From Acholeplasmataceae bacterium (GTDB lineage: Bacteria; Bacillota_I; Bacilli_A; Acholeplasmatales; Acholeplasmataceae), in NCBI GenBank assembly GCA_963675245.1, contig OY775910.1:736001-800000 (forward strand): DNA of 64,000 nt, read 5' to 3'. Both the position numbers and the translations under genes were made by a program. Numbering within the stretch: the stretch's first letter is position 1; the number at the start of each line of letters is the position of its first letter. The notes below the pieces were generated by a model. The model was not told the origin of the DNA. It worked only from the letters and a program-made list of their open reading frames with translations, and did no database searches. Of the stretch, positions 1-9,747 are shown piece by piece.

Positions 1-374
1 TCATTGGTAATGGTGATGTTAAAGATGGTCCCTCAGCTAAACGTATGCTTGACTATACGGGTTGTGATGCGGTTATGATAGGCAGGGGTGCGTTAGGTAA
101 CCCCTGGGTCTTTAGAGAGATTGAAGCATACTTAAAAGATGGTACTATTTTAGAAAAACCATCCCTTGAAGAAATTAAGGAAATGATGTTAACACATCTT
201 GATTCTTTGGTTAAATTAAAAGGAGAAAAAGTAGCTTGTCTAGAGATGAGAAGTCATGGACCTTGGTACTTAAAAGGTATTCCTCATGCGAGTGATCTTA
301 GAGCAATTCTAAGCAGAACAAGTACACAAGAAGATTTTGTTAAGGCTGTAACTGATTTTTTTAACAGCCATTAA
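1..374 (+). CDS. dusB: tRNA-dihydrouridine synthase, 5'-truncated by window edge
   Basis: IGNGD...GCDAVMIGRGALGNPW Dus motifs; frame open from window start. Confidence 0.9.
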   Translation, partial: IGNGDVKDGPSAKRMLDYTGCDAVMIGRGALGNPWVFREIEAYLKDGTILEKPSLEEIKEMMLTHLDSLVKLKGEKVACLEMRSHGPWYLKGIPHASDLRAILSRTSTQEDFVKAVTDFFNSH

Positions 375-463
375 GGAAGCGTATCGAAGTGGTTATAACG
401 AGCTGCACTCGAAATGCAGTTGTCTGAAAGGACACGTGGGTTCGAATCCCACCGCTTCCGCCA
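375..463 (+). tRNA. tRNA-Ser(CGA)
   Basis: GGAAGCG/CGCTTCC acceptor stem, CTGCA-CTCGAAA-TGCAG anticodon arm, long variable arm, encoded CCA. Confidence 0.95.
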
Positions 464-473
464 GTTATCTGAT

Positions 474-500
474 AAAGGTTGCTCTAATAAGCAACTTTTT
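474..500 (+). terminator. Intrinsic terminator after tRNA-Ser
   Basis: AAAGGTTGC...GCAACTTTTT hairpin plus T-run. Confidence 0.7.
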
Positions 501-544
501 GTATATTTTACATGGTATAATAAAGAAAAAATATAGGTGGCATT

Positions 545-871
545 ATGACTTTGAATGAACTACAAACTTTAATCAAAAAATTCGTTGATGAAAGAAACAT
601 TGGAACAAGCACAGAAAACAGAATGCTAGATTTATTATCAGAATCAGGAGAGCTTGCAAAAGAAGTCTTAAAAGGATCTGATTATGGCAAAAGACTTTTT
701 ATAAAAAATAAAGCATTTGATGCTGAGTTCGGTGATGTGTTTTTTTCATTAGTCTGTTTAGCAAATCAAACAGATATTAATCTAGAAACATTAATTGTTA
801 ACGCCTTAGATAAATATGATAAGCGATTTAAAGAACATCATCACATCGGATCAGTGAATAAAAAGGGTTGA
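545..871 (+). CDS. MazG-like nucleotide pyrophosphohydrolase
   Basis: ESGELAKEV...EFGDVFF all-alpha NTP-PPase motif. Confidence 0.8.
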   Translation: MTLNELQTLIKKFVDERNIGTSTENRMLDLLSESGELAKEVLKGSDYGKRLFIKNKAFDAEFGDVFFSLVCLANQTDINLETLIVNALDKYDKRFKEHHHIGSVNKKG

Positions 872-957
872 GTATTGGCTCAAACCTTAAGTCACATTAA
901 GCATAATTTGTTATATTGCGATTATCATGATTTTAGAAGTAGATTGGAGGCATAAAT

Positions 958-1746
958 ATGAATAACATACCAAAGACGATCCATTATGTATGGGTGGGGG
1001 GCAAACCAAAACCAGCACACGTTGTGTCGTGCATCGAAAGTTGGAAAAAATTTTGTCCTGATTTTGAGATTATCGAATGGAATGAAAAGAATTTCAATGT
1101 TGATAATCATCCTTTTGTTAAACAAGCACTACAAGAAAAAAACTGGGCACTCATGTCTGATGTCATTCGCGTGTGGGCACTTCATGAGCATGGTGGCATC
1201 TATTTTGATACAGATATGGAACTTGTAGCACCTATAGGTGATTTACTAGAATACGACGCTTTTTTTTGTTACGAAGCACCTTATTGGTTTGGCAGTGCAG
1301 TTTTAGGTACCGTTAAAGAACATCCGATTTTCAAACGTGTACTGAAGAGATATGATCATATAAAACCTATTAAATTCCATACGAATCCTTTAACAGTACA
1401 TGCATTTACTGCAGCACTTAGATATGATTATGATTTTAAACCAATTGGTAAATCAAGAGAAGTAAAACCAAACATAGGGTTATTATCAAGTGATTATTTT
1501 TTCCCTCAACATTATATGTCTGGTAAATTAAAAATGTCAGACAATACCAGAGGCATTCATCATTATTTTGGATCGTGGCATTCAGCTGGTCAAAGTCGTG
1601 GTCAACGTTTTGCAAGGTTTTCCTATAGAGTTTTAGGTAAAAACATTTTTAGAATATTTGAACATATTATTGGCAATAGCTATTATAGGATATTAAAAAA
1701 AGAATATGGTTTAATGGACAAAGCGGGGATCAAACATGACAAATGA
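958..1746 (+). CDS. Glycosyltransferase, GT32/OCH1-like
   Basis: IPKTIHYVW, SDVIR, GGIYFDTD (DXD) motifs. Confidence 0.85.
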   Translation: MNNIPKTIHYVWVGGKPKPAHVVSCIESWKKFCPDFEIIEWNEKNFNVDNHPFVKQALQEKNWALMSDVIRVWALHEHGGIYFDTDMELVAPIGDLLEYDAFFCYEAPYWFGSAVLGTVKEHPIFKRVLKRYDHIKPIKFHTNPLTVHAFTAALRYDYDFKPIGKSREVKPNIGLLSSDYFFPQHYMSGKLKMSDNTRGIHHYFGSWHSAGQSRGQRFARFSYRVLGKNIFRIFEHIIGNSYYRILKKEYGLMDKAGIKHDK

Positions 1747-2665
1747 TATTATTGTAGCGAAACATATCAAGAAATATTTTGGTGATATAAAAGCTGTGGA
1801 TGACATCAGTTTCAATGTTAAAAGAGGCAGCCTTTTTGCATTTTTAGGATTGAATGGCGCTGGTAAAAGTACAACGATCAACATCTTATGTTCTATTCTT
1901 AAGAAGGATGAAGGAACGGTTATCATTGATGACCTTGATCTTGATAAGAACACTGCGAAGATTAAAGAAAAAATTGGCATTGTATTTCAGGGTTCTGTCC
2001 TAGATTTAAAATTAACGGTTTATCAAAATCTTATCTCAAGAGCAAGTCTTTATCGTATGTCGAAAAAAGAAGCGTTAGTACGTATTGAAGAACTCACGAA
2101 GCTTCTTGATTTAAAAGATTTATTACACCGTACATATGGTAAATTATCAGGTGGACAAAGAAGAAGAATCGATATTGCTAGAGCACTTATTCATCGCCCA
2201 CAAATTCTTTTTTTAGATGAACCAACAACGGGATTAGATCCTAATACACGTGTATCCGTTTGGGAAATATTAGAGCGACTTATGGGGCAACACGAATTGA
2301 CAATATTCTTAACAACACATTATATGGAAGAAGTTTTAAAAGCGGACAGAGTGGTTATCTTAGATGAAGGGAAAGTCATTGTTAACGATACACCTGATAA
2401 CCTGAAAACGGTATATACAAGCGACTTCATAAGAGTTATATCAGAAAAAGATAAAACTTTAGAAGCGTTATTTAAAGCACATAAAATGACGTATCACCAT
2501 CGAGGGCATGCGTACCATGTCGCGATTAAAACACCGATAGAAGGACTGGCGTTCATTAATGAACACCAGGACATGATCACTGATTTTGAAATATTAAAAG
2601 GAAATATGGATGATGTCTTTTTAAATGTGACAGGCAAGAAACTGGAGGTTGATGATCATGAATAA
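1736..2665 (+). CDS. ABC transporter ATP-binding protein (DrrA-like)
   Basis: GLNGAGKST, LSGGQ, LFLDEPT. Confidence 0.95.
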   Translation: MTNDIIVAKHIKKYFGDIKAVDDISFNVKRGSLFAFLGLNGAGKSTTINILCSILKKDEGTVIIDDLDLDKNTAKIKEKIGIVFQGSVLDLKLTVYQNLISRASLYRMSKKEALVRIEELTKLLDLKDLLHRTYGKLSGGQRRRIDIARALIHRPQILFLDEPTTGLDPNTRVSVWEILERLMGQHELTIFLTTHYMEEVLKADRVVILDEGKVIVNDTPDNLKTVYTSDFIRVISEKDKTLEALFKAHKMTYHHRGHAYHVAIKTPIEGLAFINEHQDMITDFEILKGNMDDVFLNVTGKKLEVDDHE

Positions 2666-3581
2666 ATCAATGACCTACGTATCTAGTTTGTATCAATTGG
2701 TAAAGAGAAATATCTTAGTCTACTTAAGAAATTCAACAACCGTTATATTTTCCTTAATGGCACCTGTTTTAATACTTGCAATCTATACCTTATTTATGGG
2801 TGATATCCAGGTGGATATGTTAGGTGGCGTGATTACTGAAGTGCCAAGTATTTCTGATGAAACAATGCGCACGATTGTCAATGTTTGGATGATACCTGGT
2901 ATTGTCGCGATCAGCTGTTTGACTGTCGCATTAAACGGCATGCTCGTCATGATCGAAGATAAAGAAAGAGGCACTGTCAATGATTTTACAGCTTCCCCTT
3001 TAAAGCCTGTTACTAGATTATTGAGTTATGTGATTGCTGCATTTATCTTAACGTTTGTTATCTGTTTAATATTTTTGTTAATCGGTTTGGCATATTTAGC
3101 TATAACGACAGGTATCTATTTTCAAGTGGTTGCTTTCTTTGAATTATTATTAATCTTATTATTATCTAGTCTTTCTGCGGTTTTAGGTTTAATGTGTGTG
3201 ATGACATTCTTTAAAACTATTATGGGTGTTTCTGCATTTACAGGAATATTTAGCGCATTGATTGGATTCTTAATTGGTGCATATCTACCAGTTAGCATGT
3301 TGCCTATTGGTATACAGAATTTAGCAAACTTAATGCCTGGATCGTATTCAACAGGATTATTTAGAAGAATCTTTATGGATACCATGTTTAGTCAGATAAG
3401 TGATTTAAGTCCATCATTTATAGAACAGATTAAAGATGTCTATTCATTTGAACTTGTTTTATTTGGACAATCAATTAGTAGAAGCGGTATGTATATTTAT
3501 CTAACCGGCTCTATTATCGTTTTCTTCTTTATATATTTGCTAATTGATGCAGTTAAAACAAAGGTTCTCTGTCAAGGATAG
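2658..3581 (+). CDS. ABC-2 type permease; last codons replaced by IS sequence
   Basis: Multiple hydrophobic helices, overlaps the ATPase gene; terminal VLCQG* read from IS end. Confidence 0.85.
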   Translation: MNKSMTYVSSLYQLVKRNILVYLRNSTTVIFSLMAPVLILAIYTLFMGDIQVDMLGGVITEVPSISDETMRTIVNVWMIPGIVAISCLTVALNGMLVMIEDKERGTVNDFTASPLKPVTRLLSYVIAAFILTFVICLIFLLIGLAYLAITTGIYFQVVAFFELLLILLLSSLSAVLGLMCVMTFFKTIMGVSAFTGIFSALIGFLIGAYLPVSMLPIGIQNLANLMPGSYSTGLFRRIFMDTMFSQISDLSPSFIEQIKDVYSFELVLFGQSISRSGMYIYLTGSIIVFFFIYLLIDAVKTKVLCQG

Positions 3582-5026
3582 GGGTACCGAATAAGTAAAT
3601 CAATGAAAAGCGTATTTTTAGGTGATTCATCTAAGTGCGCTTTTTCATTATGCACTTAACGTGTAATCTTTGTTGTAAAGAAAGAGTATTCTAGATCTAA
3701 ACCTGTTGAAATCACTAAAACCATAAGCTGTTCTTTTAATCACTTTAATAAAGTTATTAATCCCTTCAATGATACCGTTCGTCATCTTTTTACGTGTTTC
3801 AGGATGAAGGTCAAATGATTGAACGATTTCTTGACGCCAATTGATAAATGTTTTCTTAATATCTCTGAATTCTTTGGTGGTTGCGTGTCTGAGTAGATCA
3901 ATGAATTGATTGATAAAAGCCGGTGCCTCTTCATAAGATAATGTTTCTATGCTGGTTTGAAAGAGATCTTTAAGATGAAAAGCTTCTTTTAAATCCGGGT
4001 GAAGATTCGCTGCGATATCATGTATGACATAATCATTGACGTTTTGTTCTAAGAGATGATGGTAGTAATAAGTGTCATTCAAGTCGCTCGGTGACTTCAT
4101 CAAGAGCTTCCAATGCTTCTTCAATATCTTATAGTTAATGGAATCTTCAGTATATGTTTTCATGATACGTATTCTCACGGCGTTGAATGACCAATAGATA
4201 TATCTTAAGAAGTGGAAGGTATCGGCGATGATCCGTGCGTTAGGTAGATAAGCTTTCACGATATTTCGATAAGGTGCCCATAGGTCCATAATGACGTTTT
4301 TGACGTTACTGCGCTCTTCATAAGGGATTTGACTGAAATAGTTCTTTAACCAGTCTGTTCGTCTGTTTCTCATCACGTCTATCACTTTCTTGTTGATAGG
4401 ATCACAGATGACAAAGGCGTATTTGCCATAGCCGAGGTTGCGCTTTTTAAATTCATCAATACTGATCGTTTCAGATAGTTTTAACCTGCTCGGTTGGATG
4501 TGTTTATCGATATGTCTCATCGCTGTTGGCACAGAGACATTCAAACGTTTCGCGATGGCTGTATAGCTTTGTACATATTCAGCCTCTCTTAAGATATGAT
4601 GCTTCGTGACATTTGATATCTTATTGAAACGCTCAACGAACTGATTAGGTTCTGGGAACCGCTTGTGGCAGTGTTTACAGACATACCGTCTTCGTCTGTA
4701 TTTTAAATACACATGATAGCCATTGATCACACCATGTTTAATAACCCTATCTCTATAGTCATGAACTTTAGAGGTGTAACTCCCACAATGAGGACATAAT
4801 TGATAGCCTTGTGTGAATCTTAAATGCACATGCATATCATTGTTGATGGTCTCAATTTGTCTGATTTTTAAGTGCTCGTCTTCAATTCTTAATACTTTCT
4901 TGATATAATTGTCTTGCATAAGTAAACTCCTTATCAAAAGTGTGTGGTTACCTTTATTATAAGATTTACTTATGCTTTTTTATATCCCTTTATAAAATCA
5001 TCCACCCCTAACATAATTATAGAGCC
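3563..5026 (-). mobile_element. Complete ISL3-family insertion sequence (1464 bp)
   Basis: Imperfect 23-bp terminal IRs (GGTTCTCTGTCAAGGATAGGGGT / GGCTCTATAATTATGTTAGGGGT, 15/23) and 8-bp target duplication AAAACAAA at 3555-3562 and 5027-5034. Confidence 0.92.
3648..4919 (-). CDS. ISL3-family transposase
   Basis: CPHCG...RRRRYVCKHC zinc finger, ISIDEF, IMDLW, IADTFH, TNGIIEGINNFIKVIKRTAYGF; AAGGAG RBS before ATG at 4919. Confidence 0.95.
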   Translation of the reverse strand: MQDNYIKKVLRIEDEHLKIRQIETINNDMHVHLRFTQGYQLCPHCGSYTSKVHDYRDRVIKHGVINGYHVYLKYRRRRYVCKHCHKRFPEPNQFVERFNKISNVTKHHILREAEYVQSYTAIAKRLNVSVPTAMRHIDKHIQPSRLKLSETISIDEFKKRNLGYGKYAFVICDPINKKVIDVMRNRRTDWLKNYFSQIPYEERSNVKNVIMDLWAPYRNIVKAYLPNARIIADTFHFLRYIYWSFNAVRIRIMKTYTEDSINYKILKKHWKLLMKSPSDLNDTYYYHHLLEQNVNDYVIHDIAANLHPDLKEAFHLKDLFQTSIETLSYEEAPAFINQFIDLLRHATTKEFRDIKKTFINWRQEIVQSFDLHPETRKKMTNGIIEGINNFIKVIKRTAYGFSDFNRFRSRILFLYNKDYTLSA

Positions 5027-5048
5027 AAAACAAAAAACATAACATAAG

Positions 5049-5072
5049 AAAAGGCCATTAGATGGCCTTTTT
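5049..5072. terminator. Bidirectional terminator (hflX and original permease end)
   Basis: AAAAGGCCAT-TAG-ATGGCCTTTTT. Confidence 0.8.
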
Positions 5073-5078
5073 GTTTGA

Positions 5079-6308
5079 TCAATATTGATATTTTTTAAGT
5101 ATTGCGGCTTGTTCCGGTGTTAATATCACACGAACGGAAATACCGTCTTCCTGATATTCAGATGATAGGATGGTCGTTTTTTCTTTCAAGTCTGAATAGA
5201 TTTGTCCGTGATCAAACGGAATTTTTAAATTGACAATCTCACTTGATTTGAATAAATGTCCATAGATGGCATGAACAAGATCTTCAATATGTTCACCGGT
5301 TTTATTTGAAATAAACAAATAGTCATCAGTGAGAAAAGGTGTTTGTTTCACTAAATCTTTTTTAGTGAGCACCAATAAACGTTCAATGTCACTTGCACCC
5401 AATTCAGCAAGCACATGCTTAGTGACTTCAACACGTTTTTGGTTGTAATTTGCACCATCAACGATATGAAGAAGTAGATCAGCATTAACGACTTCACTTA
5501 GTGTGGACTCGAATGAATTAATTAATTCATGCGGTAGTTTGTCAATAAATCCGACAGTATCTACCAACAAAAAAGGTGGATAGTTTTTGTGTTGTAGTCG
5601 TTTTGATTTTGTTGAAAGTGTCGCGAACAACATATCTTTTTCAAACACTTCTTTATCATTGCTTAATAGGTGGTGCGATAGTCTATTCATCAATGAAGAC
5701 TTACCGGCATTTGTATAACCCACTAAAGCGACAATCGGTATTTGATTTTTAAGACGACGTTGTTGTGAAATTGTTTTTTCTTTTTTAATCTTGTCTAACT
5801 GAGTTTTAATTCTATGAATTTCAATCATTAATTTTCTACGATCTAACTCTAACTTCGTTTCACCTGGACCTTTGGCGTTATAGGTACCACCACCTTGTCT
5901 AGATAACACATCACCCATACCCTTAAGACGTGGTAACATGTATAACTTTTGAGCAAGGGAAACCTCTAAAACGGCTTCTTTGGTTTGTGCTCTTTCTGCA
6001 AAGATAGAAAGAATTAAGAAACTACGATCAATGACTTGAACATCTAACTCTTTTTCAAGATTACTTAACTGAGCAGGCGAAAGTGTGTCATCAAATATGA
6101 CGAGTTCCGCATGGCGTAACTCAATCGTTTTCTTTACCTCTTCAACTTTCCCACTCCCGATAAAATATTTTGGGGATATCGCTTTCGCGTTTTGTTCGAT
6201 TTTTTGGATGGTTGATATTGATAAAGCTAGCGCGAGTTCCTCTAGTTCGTCTAGATTACTTTCCATCACGCCAGGTATGTTTAAACCAACCAGTATGGCC
6301 TTATCCAT
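5079..6308 (-). CDS. hflX: GTPase HflX
   Basis: GPGETKLELDRR, GYTNAGKSS, LFATL, DTVGFI. Confidence 0.95.
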   Translation of the reverse strand: MDKAILVGLNIPGVMESNLDELEELALALSISTIQKIEQNAKAISPKYFIGSGKVEEVKKTIELRHAELVIFDDTLSPAQLSNLEKELDVQVIDRSFLILSIFAERAQTKEAVLEVSLAQKLYMLPRLKGMGDVLSRQGGGTYNAKGPGETKLELDRRKLMIEIHRIKTQLDKIKKEKTISQQRRLKNQIPIVALVGYTNAGKSSLMNRLSHHLLSNDKEVFEKDMLFATLSTKSKRLQHKNYPPFLLVDTVGFIDKLPHELINSFESTLSEVVNADLLLHIVDGANYNQKRVEVTKHVLAELGASDIERLLVLTKKDLVKQTPFLTDDYLFISNKTGEHIEDLVHAIYGHLFKSSEIVNLKIPFDHGQIYSDLKEKTTILSSEYQEDGISVRVILTPEQAAILKKYQY

Positions 6309-6507
6309 ATGATTACCTCTTTTCTGTTATTAAATTAGGCTGTAAATGCTCTTTTATTAATCATGGATATGACCCCTTTCTACCAAAATAACTATATCAC
6401 GAAAGCTTTTGATTGGCAATCGTTACTGATTGCTTTTAAACATTTAATGCACATGGTAGAATAGAAGTGAAAGAAGCGAATGATACTTGAATCAGGAGGC
6501 TGCCACC

Positions 6508-6978
6508 ATGGATATTAAGCGATTAAGACTTGACTCGTTTGCTGTTCTAGGTAAATTAGGGTCGACAAAAGATGGGGTAGGGTTTGTTCAACGTCTATGG
6601 AAAGATCTTGAAGATAACTTTCATGAAATCAAACATTTAGCATTAAAAGATCCCCATGATACATTTATGGGATTTTGGGGATTAATGAGTGATTTTGATA
6701 TGACGTTTCAACCTTGGAAAGATTTTAAAGAAGGTTATTATTTAGCAGGTGTTGAAATCGGACATGAAACCAAAGCACCTAAGGGGTGGACAAAGTGGGT
6801 TTATCCAGGTTATGAATACGCTGTAGTGTTGGTTGATGATGAATATCAAGCATGTATGGCTAAAGGTTTAGATTATTTGAAGCAAAATGAATTGACATTA
6901 GCTGGAGCGATCGTCGATTTCATGGATCCTAAAGATGGTGGACAACCATATATATATTTTCCAACGAAAAAATTATAA
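6508..6978 (+). CDS. GyrI-like small-molecule-binding domain protein
   Basis: GKLGST...LW...WGLMSD...YLAGVE...PKGWTKW...IYFP pattern; GGAGG RBS before ATG 6508. Confidence 0.7.
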   Translation: MDIKRLRLDSFAVLGKLGSTKDGVGFVQRLWKDLEDNFHEIKHLALKDPHDTFMGFWGLMSDFDMTFQPWKDFKEGYYLAGVEIGHETKAPKGWTKWVYPGYEYAVVLVDDEYQACMAKGLDYLKQNELTLAGAIVDFMDPKDGGQPYIYFPTKKL

Positions 6979-6994
6979 CAATAAAGGATGGTAA

Positions 6995-8587
6995 ATGATG
7001 GAAAACATTAGTGTCATTGGTAAGAGATTGGGATTACTCGATGAAGAATGTATCCCGTATGGTTTTGATAAAGCGAAGGTCGATTTATCTGTTTTGAAGC
7101 GACTTGAGAAAGCACCAAATGGTAAATTAATTTTAGTCACTGCGATTAATCCTACAAGAGCTGGAGAAGGAAAAACAACCACTTCAATCGGACTTGCCCA
7201 AGGGTTAACTGCGATTGGTAGAAAAGCTGTATTGGCGTTAAGAGAACCAAGTCTAGGACCAGTCTTTGGGTTAAAAGGTGGAGCGACAGGTGGAGGGCTT
7301 GCTTCTATCGTTCCTGAAGATGATATCAATCTTCATTTCACGGGAGATTTACATGCCATTACGGCGGCTAATAATTTATTATCTGCAGTCATTGATAACC
7401 ATATTTATCAAGGAAATGAACGACGTATTAAAACAGTTATTTGGAAACGTTGTATGGATATGAACGACCGTGCATTAAGAAAGATTGAAACACCAACGAG
7501 ACCTGATGGTTTTATAATTACAGCGGCAAGTGAGATTATGGCGATTTTGGCACTATCAAGCGATATCACGGATTTAAAAAATCGTATCAATCACATTATG
7601 ATAGGTTATAATGAGGACGAAAAACCGCTCTTCGTTTCTGATCTTGGTTGTGCGGATGCGATGACGTTATTATTAAAAGATGCAATCAAACCAAATATCG
7701 TTCAAACATTAGATGGAGTACCTGCGTTTGTACATGCTGGACCGTTTGCGAACATCGCACATGGATGTAATTCTATTTTAGCAACTAAGATGGCGTTAAA
7801 ACTCGGTGACTATGCTGTAACGGAAGCTGGGTTTGGTGCAGATTTAGGTATGGAAAAATTTTTAAACATTAAAACACCATATCTACCAAAACACCCAGAT
7901 TTAGTGGTGTTGGTAGCGACACTTCGTGCACTTAAACTTCATGGTAATGCGAAAGACTTTAAAGTAAAAGATGTAGGTGCGCTAAAAAAAGGCATTGAAC
8001 ATATTGAAAAACATATATCAAACATCAAGGGATTTGGTTTGAATTATGTCATTGCGTTAAATCATTTTGAAAGTGACGATCAAGAAGAACTTTCACTGAT
8101 TCTCGATTGGGCAAAAGAACATAACCACCCTATTGCATTATCTGACGGTTTCTTAAAAGGTGCTACAGGCATGGTTGAACTCGCGAAGCTCGTTGACGAA
8201 GAAAGTAACAAACCAAATCAATTTAAACATACATATCAAGAGGAAGATTCTATACAAGAAAAAATTGAGAAAGTAGCACAAAACATTTATGGAGCAAGCC
8301 GCGTTGTATTCTTTAAAAAAGCGAGAGAACAACTAGAAACGTATCAAGCATTAGGTTGGAATATGCCAGTATGTATGGCAAAAACACCATTATCACTATC
8401 AGGAGATGCTAGTGTTGTTGGTGTTCCAAAAGATTTTGTTTTAGAAATTACACAAGTTAAACCATCTATGGGAGCGGGATTCTTTGTTGCTCTCACAAAG
8501 GGTATTATGACAATGCCAGGTTTAAATAAAGCACCACGTGCACTTGATATGCGTGTGGATGAAAACGGAAATTTAATTGAGGGGTGA
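6995..8587 (+). CDS. fhs: Formate--tetrahydrofolate ligase
   Basis: AGEGKTTT, REPSLGPVFGLKGGATGGG, GPFANIAHGCNS. Confidence 0.97.
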   Translation: MMENISVIGKRLGLLDEECIPYGFDKAKVDLSVLKRLEKAPNGKLILVTAINPTRAGEGKTTTSIGLAQGLTAIGRKAVLALREPSLGPVFGLKGGATGGGLASIVPEDDINLHFTGDLHAITAANNLLSAVIDNHIYQGNERRIKTVIWKRCMDMNDRALRKIETPTRPDGFIITAASEIMAILALSSDITDLKNRINHIMIGYNEDEKPLFVSDLGCADAMTLLLKDAIKPNIVQTLDGVPAFVHAGPFANIAHGCNSILATKMALKLGDYAVTEAGFGADLGMEKFLNIKTPYLPKHPDLVVLVATLRALKLHGNAKDFKVKDVGALKKGIEHIEKHISNIKGFGLNYVIALNHFESDDQEELSLILDWAKEHNHPIALSDGFLKGATGMVELAKLVDEESNKPNQFKHTYQEEDSIQEKIEKVAQNIYGASRVVFFKKAREQLETYQALGWNMPVCMAKTPLSLSGDASVVGVPKDFVLEITQVKPSMGAGFFVALTKGIMTMPGLNKAPRALDMRVDENGNLIEG

Positions 8588-8591
8588 AGAG

Positions 8592-9443
8592 ATGATATTA
8601 CTTGATGGTAAAGGAACAGCAGAACGTATCAACGCGCAATTGAAGTTGCGTATTGAAGATGCAGAAAAAACATATGGAAGAAGACCAAAACTAGATGTGA
8701 TTTTAGTGGGTAATCATCCAGCAAGTCTTTCTTATATTCGTGGGAAAGAAAAAGCGAGCAAAAAAGTGGGTATGCTTTATGAATTGCATCATCTCGATGA
8801 AGATGTAACTCAAAAAGATTTAGAAGACTTGATTGATCAATTAAATGCTGATCCTAAAGTTGATGGTATGATATTACAACTACCTATTCCCGATCATTTG
8901 GATGAAATGTCTTTAATTAACCGCATTAGTAAAGATAAAGATGCCGATGGGTTTCACGTCATTAATCAAGGAAACATGTATCAAAAAAGAAAAGCGATAC
9001 ATCCAGCAACACCACAAGGCATTATGATGTTGTTAGATGCATATAACATTGATGTAAAAGGAATGAACGCGACAGTTATTGGACGTTCCAATATTGTTGG
9101 ATTTCCAGTTGCTAGATTATTGATGGATCGACACGCGACTATCACTGTATGCCATTCAAGAACGAAAGACATGAGTGAACATACAAAGAATGCTGATATT
9201 ATTGTTGCTGCAGTTGGGGTGCCTAAATTACTTAAGAAAGATATGGTTAAGCCAGGGGCAATCATTATTGATGTAGGTATTAATCGCGTTGAAGGAAAAC
9301 TTATTGGCGATGTTGATTTTGATAACTTGAAAGAGGTCGTTGGCTATATGACGCCAGTTCCCAAAGGCGTGGGTCCAATGACAATTTGTGCATTGATGGA
9401 TAATACATTTACGCTTTATCTTTCACATGAAAACAAGCATTAA
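8592..9443 (+). CDS. folD: Methylene-THF dehydrogenase/cyclohydrolase
   Basis: KDADGFH, PATPQG, GRSNIVG, TPVPKGVGPMT. Confidence 0.97.
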   Translation: MILLDGKGTAERINAQLKLRIEDAEKTYGRRPKLDVILVGNHPASLSYIRGKEKASKKVGMLYELHHLDEDVTQKDLEDLIDQLNADPKVDGMILQLPIPDHLDEMSLINRISKDKDADGFHVINQGNMYQKRKAIHPATPQGIMMLLDAYNIDVKGMNATVIGRSNIVGFPVARLLMDRHATITVCHSRTKDMSEHTKNADIIVAAVGVPKLLKKDMVKPGAIIIDVGINRVEGKLIGDVDFDNLKEVVGYMTPVPKGVGPMTICALMDNTFTLYLSHENKH

Positions 9444-9508
9444 TATTTTCATACATTTCTTCCTTTACAAACACCTTTAGTGGTTGCTATAATGGGGATG
9501 TATGAAGT

Positions 9509-9577
9509 GATCGTATATACCATCTAATAGGGGTGATGGTGTTTCTACCATAGTGCCGAAACATTATGACTACGATT
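9509..9577 (+). promoter_or_regulatory. Purine riboswitch aptamer, guanine-type (C at discriminator position)
   Basis: P1 GATCGTA/TACGATT, P2 ACCATC/GATGGT with AATAGG loop, GTTTCTAC junction, P3 CATAGTG/CATTATG with CCGAAA loop, J3/1 AC; TGCTATAAT promoter at about 9485-9493. Confidence 0.85.
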
Positions 9578-9665
9578 GAAACATTACATGTTATGTAACG
9601 TGGAGAAGAGCGAAGCTTTTTACAAAACAGGGGACCAGGACGATAAGTAACATCCGATGGTACCG

Positions 9666-9696
9666 AAAAAACATCCACTTTTCGGATGTTTTTTTA
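9666..9696 (+). terminator. Riboswitch expression-platform terminator
   Basis: AAAAAACATCC-ACTTTTC-GGATGTTTTTTT. Confidence 0.75.
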
Positions 9697-9747
9697 TCGG
9701 TTTTAAGTTAAAATAGGTGTGTAAACTAAATCAAAGGTGAAAAAAAT

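Noticed and set aside
3507..3520. GGCTCTATTAT as the left end of the ISL3
   Set aside because: No target duplication there; the 3563 end has the TAGGGGT match and the 8-bp duplication.
3563..5026. ISL3 transposase as the mobiliser of the tRNA-Phe cassettes
   Set aside because: DDE enzyme acting on its own IRs; no ISL3 ends or 8-bp duplications are seen in the array.
9578..9665. Assignment of the post-aptamer region to a known second riboswitch (ykkC/PRPP, ZTP, THF)
   Set aside because: Could not match their conserved cores by eye; left as unexplained structure.
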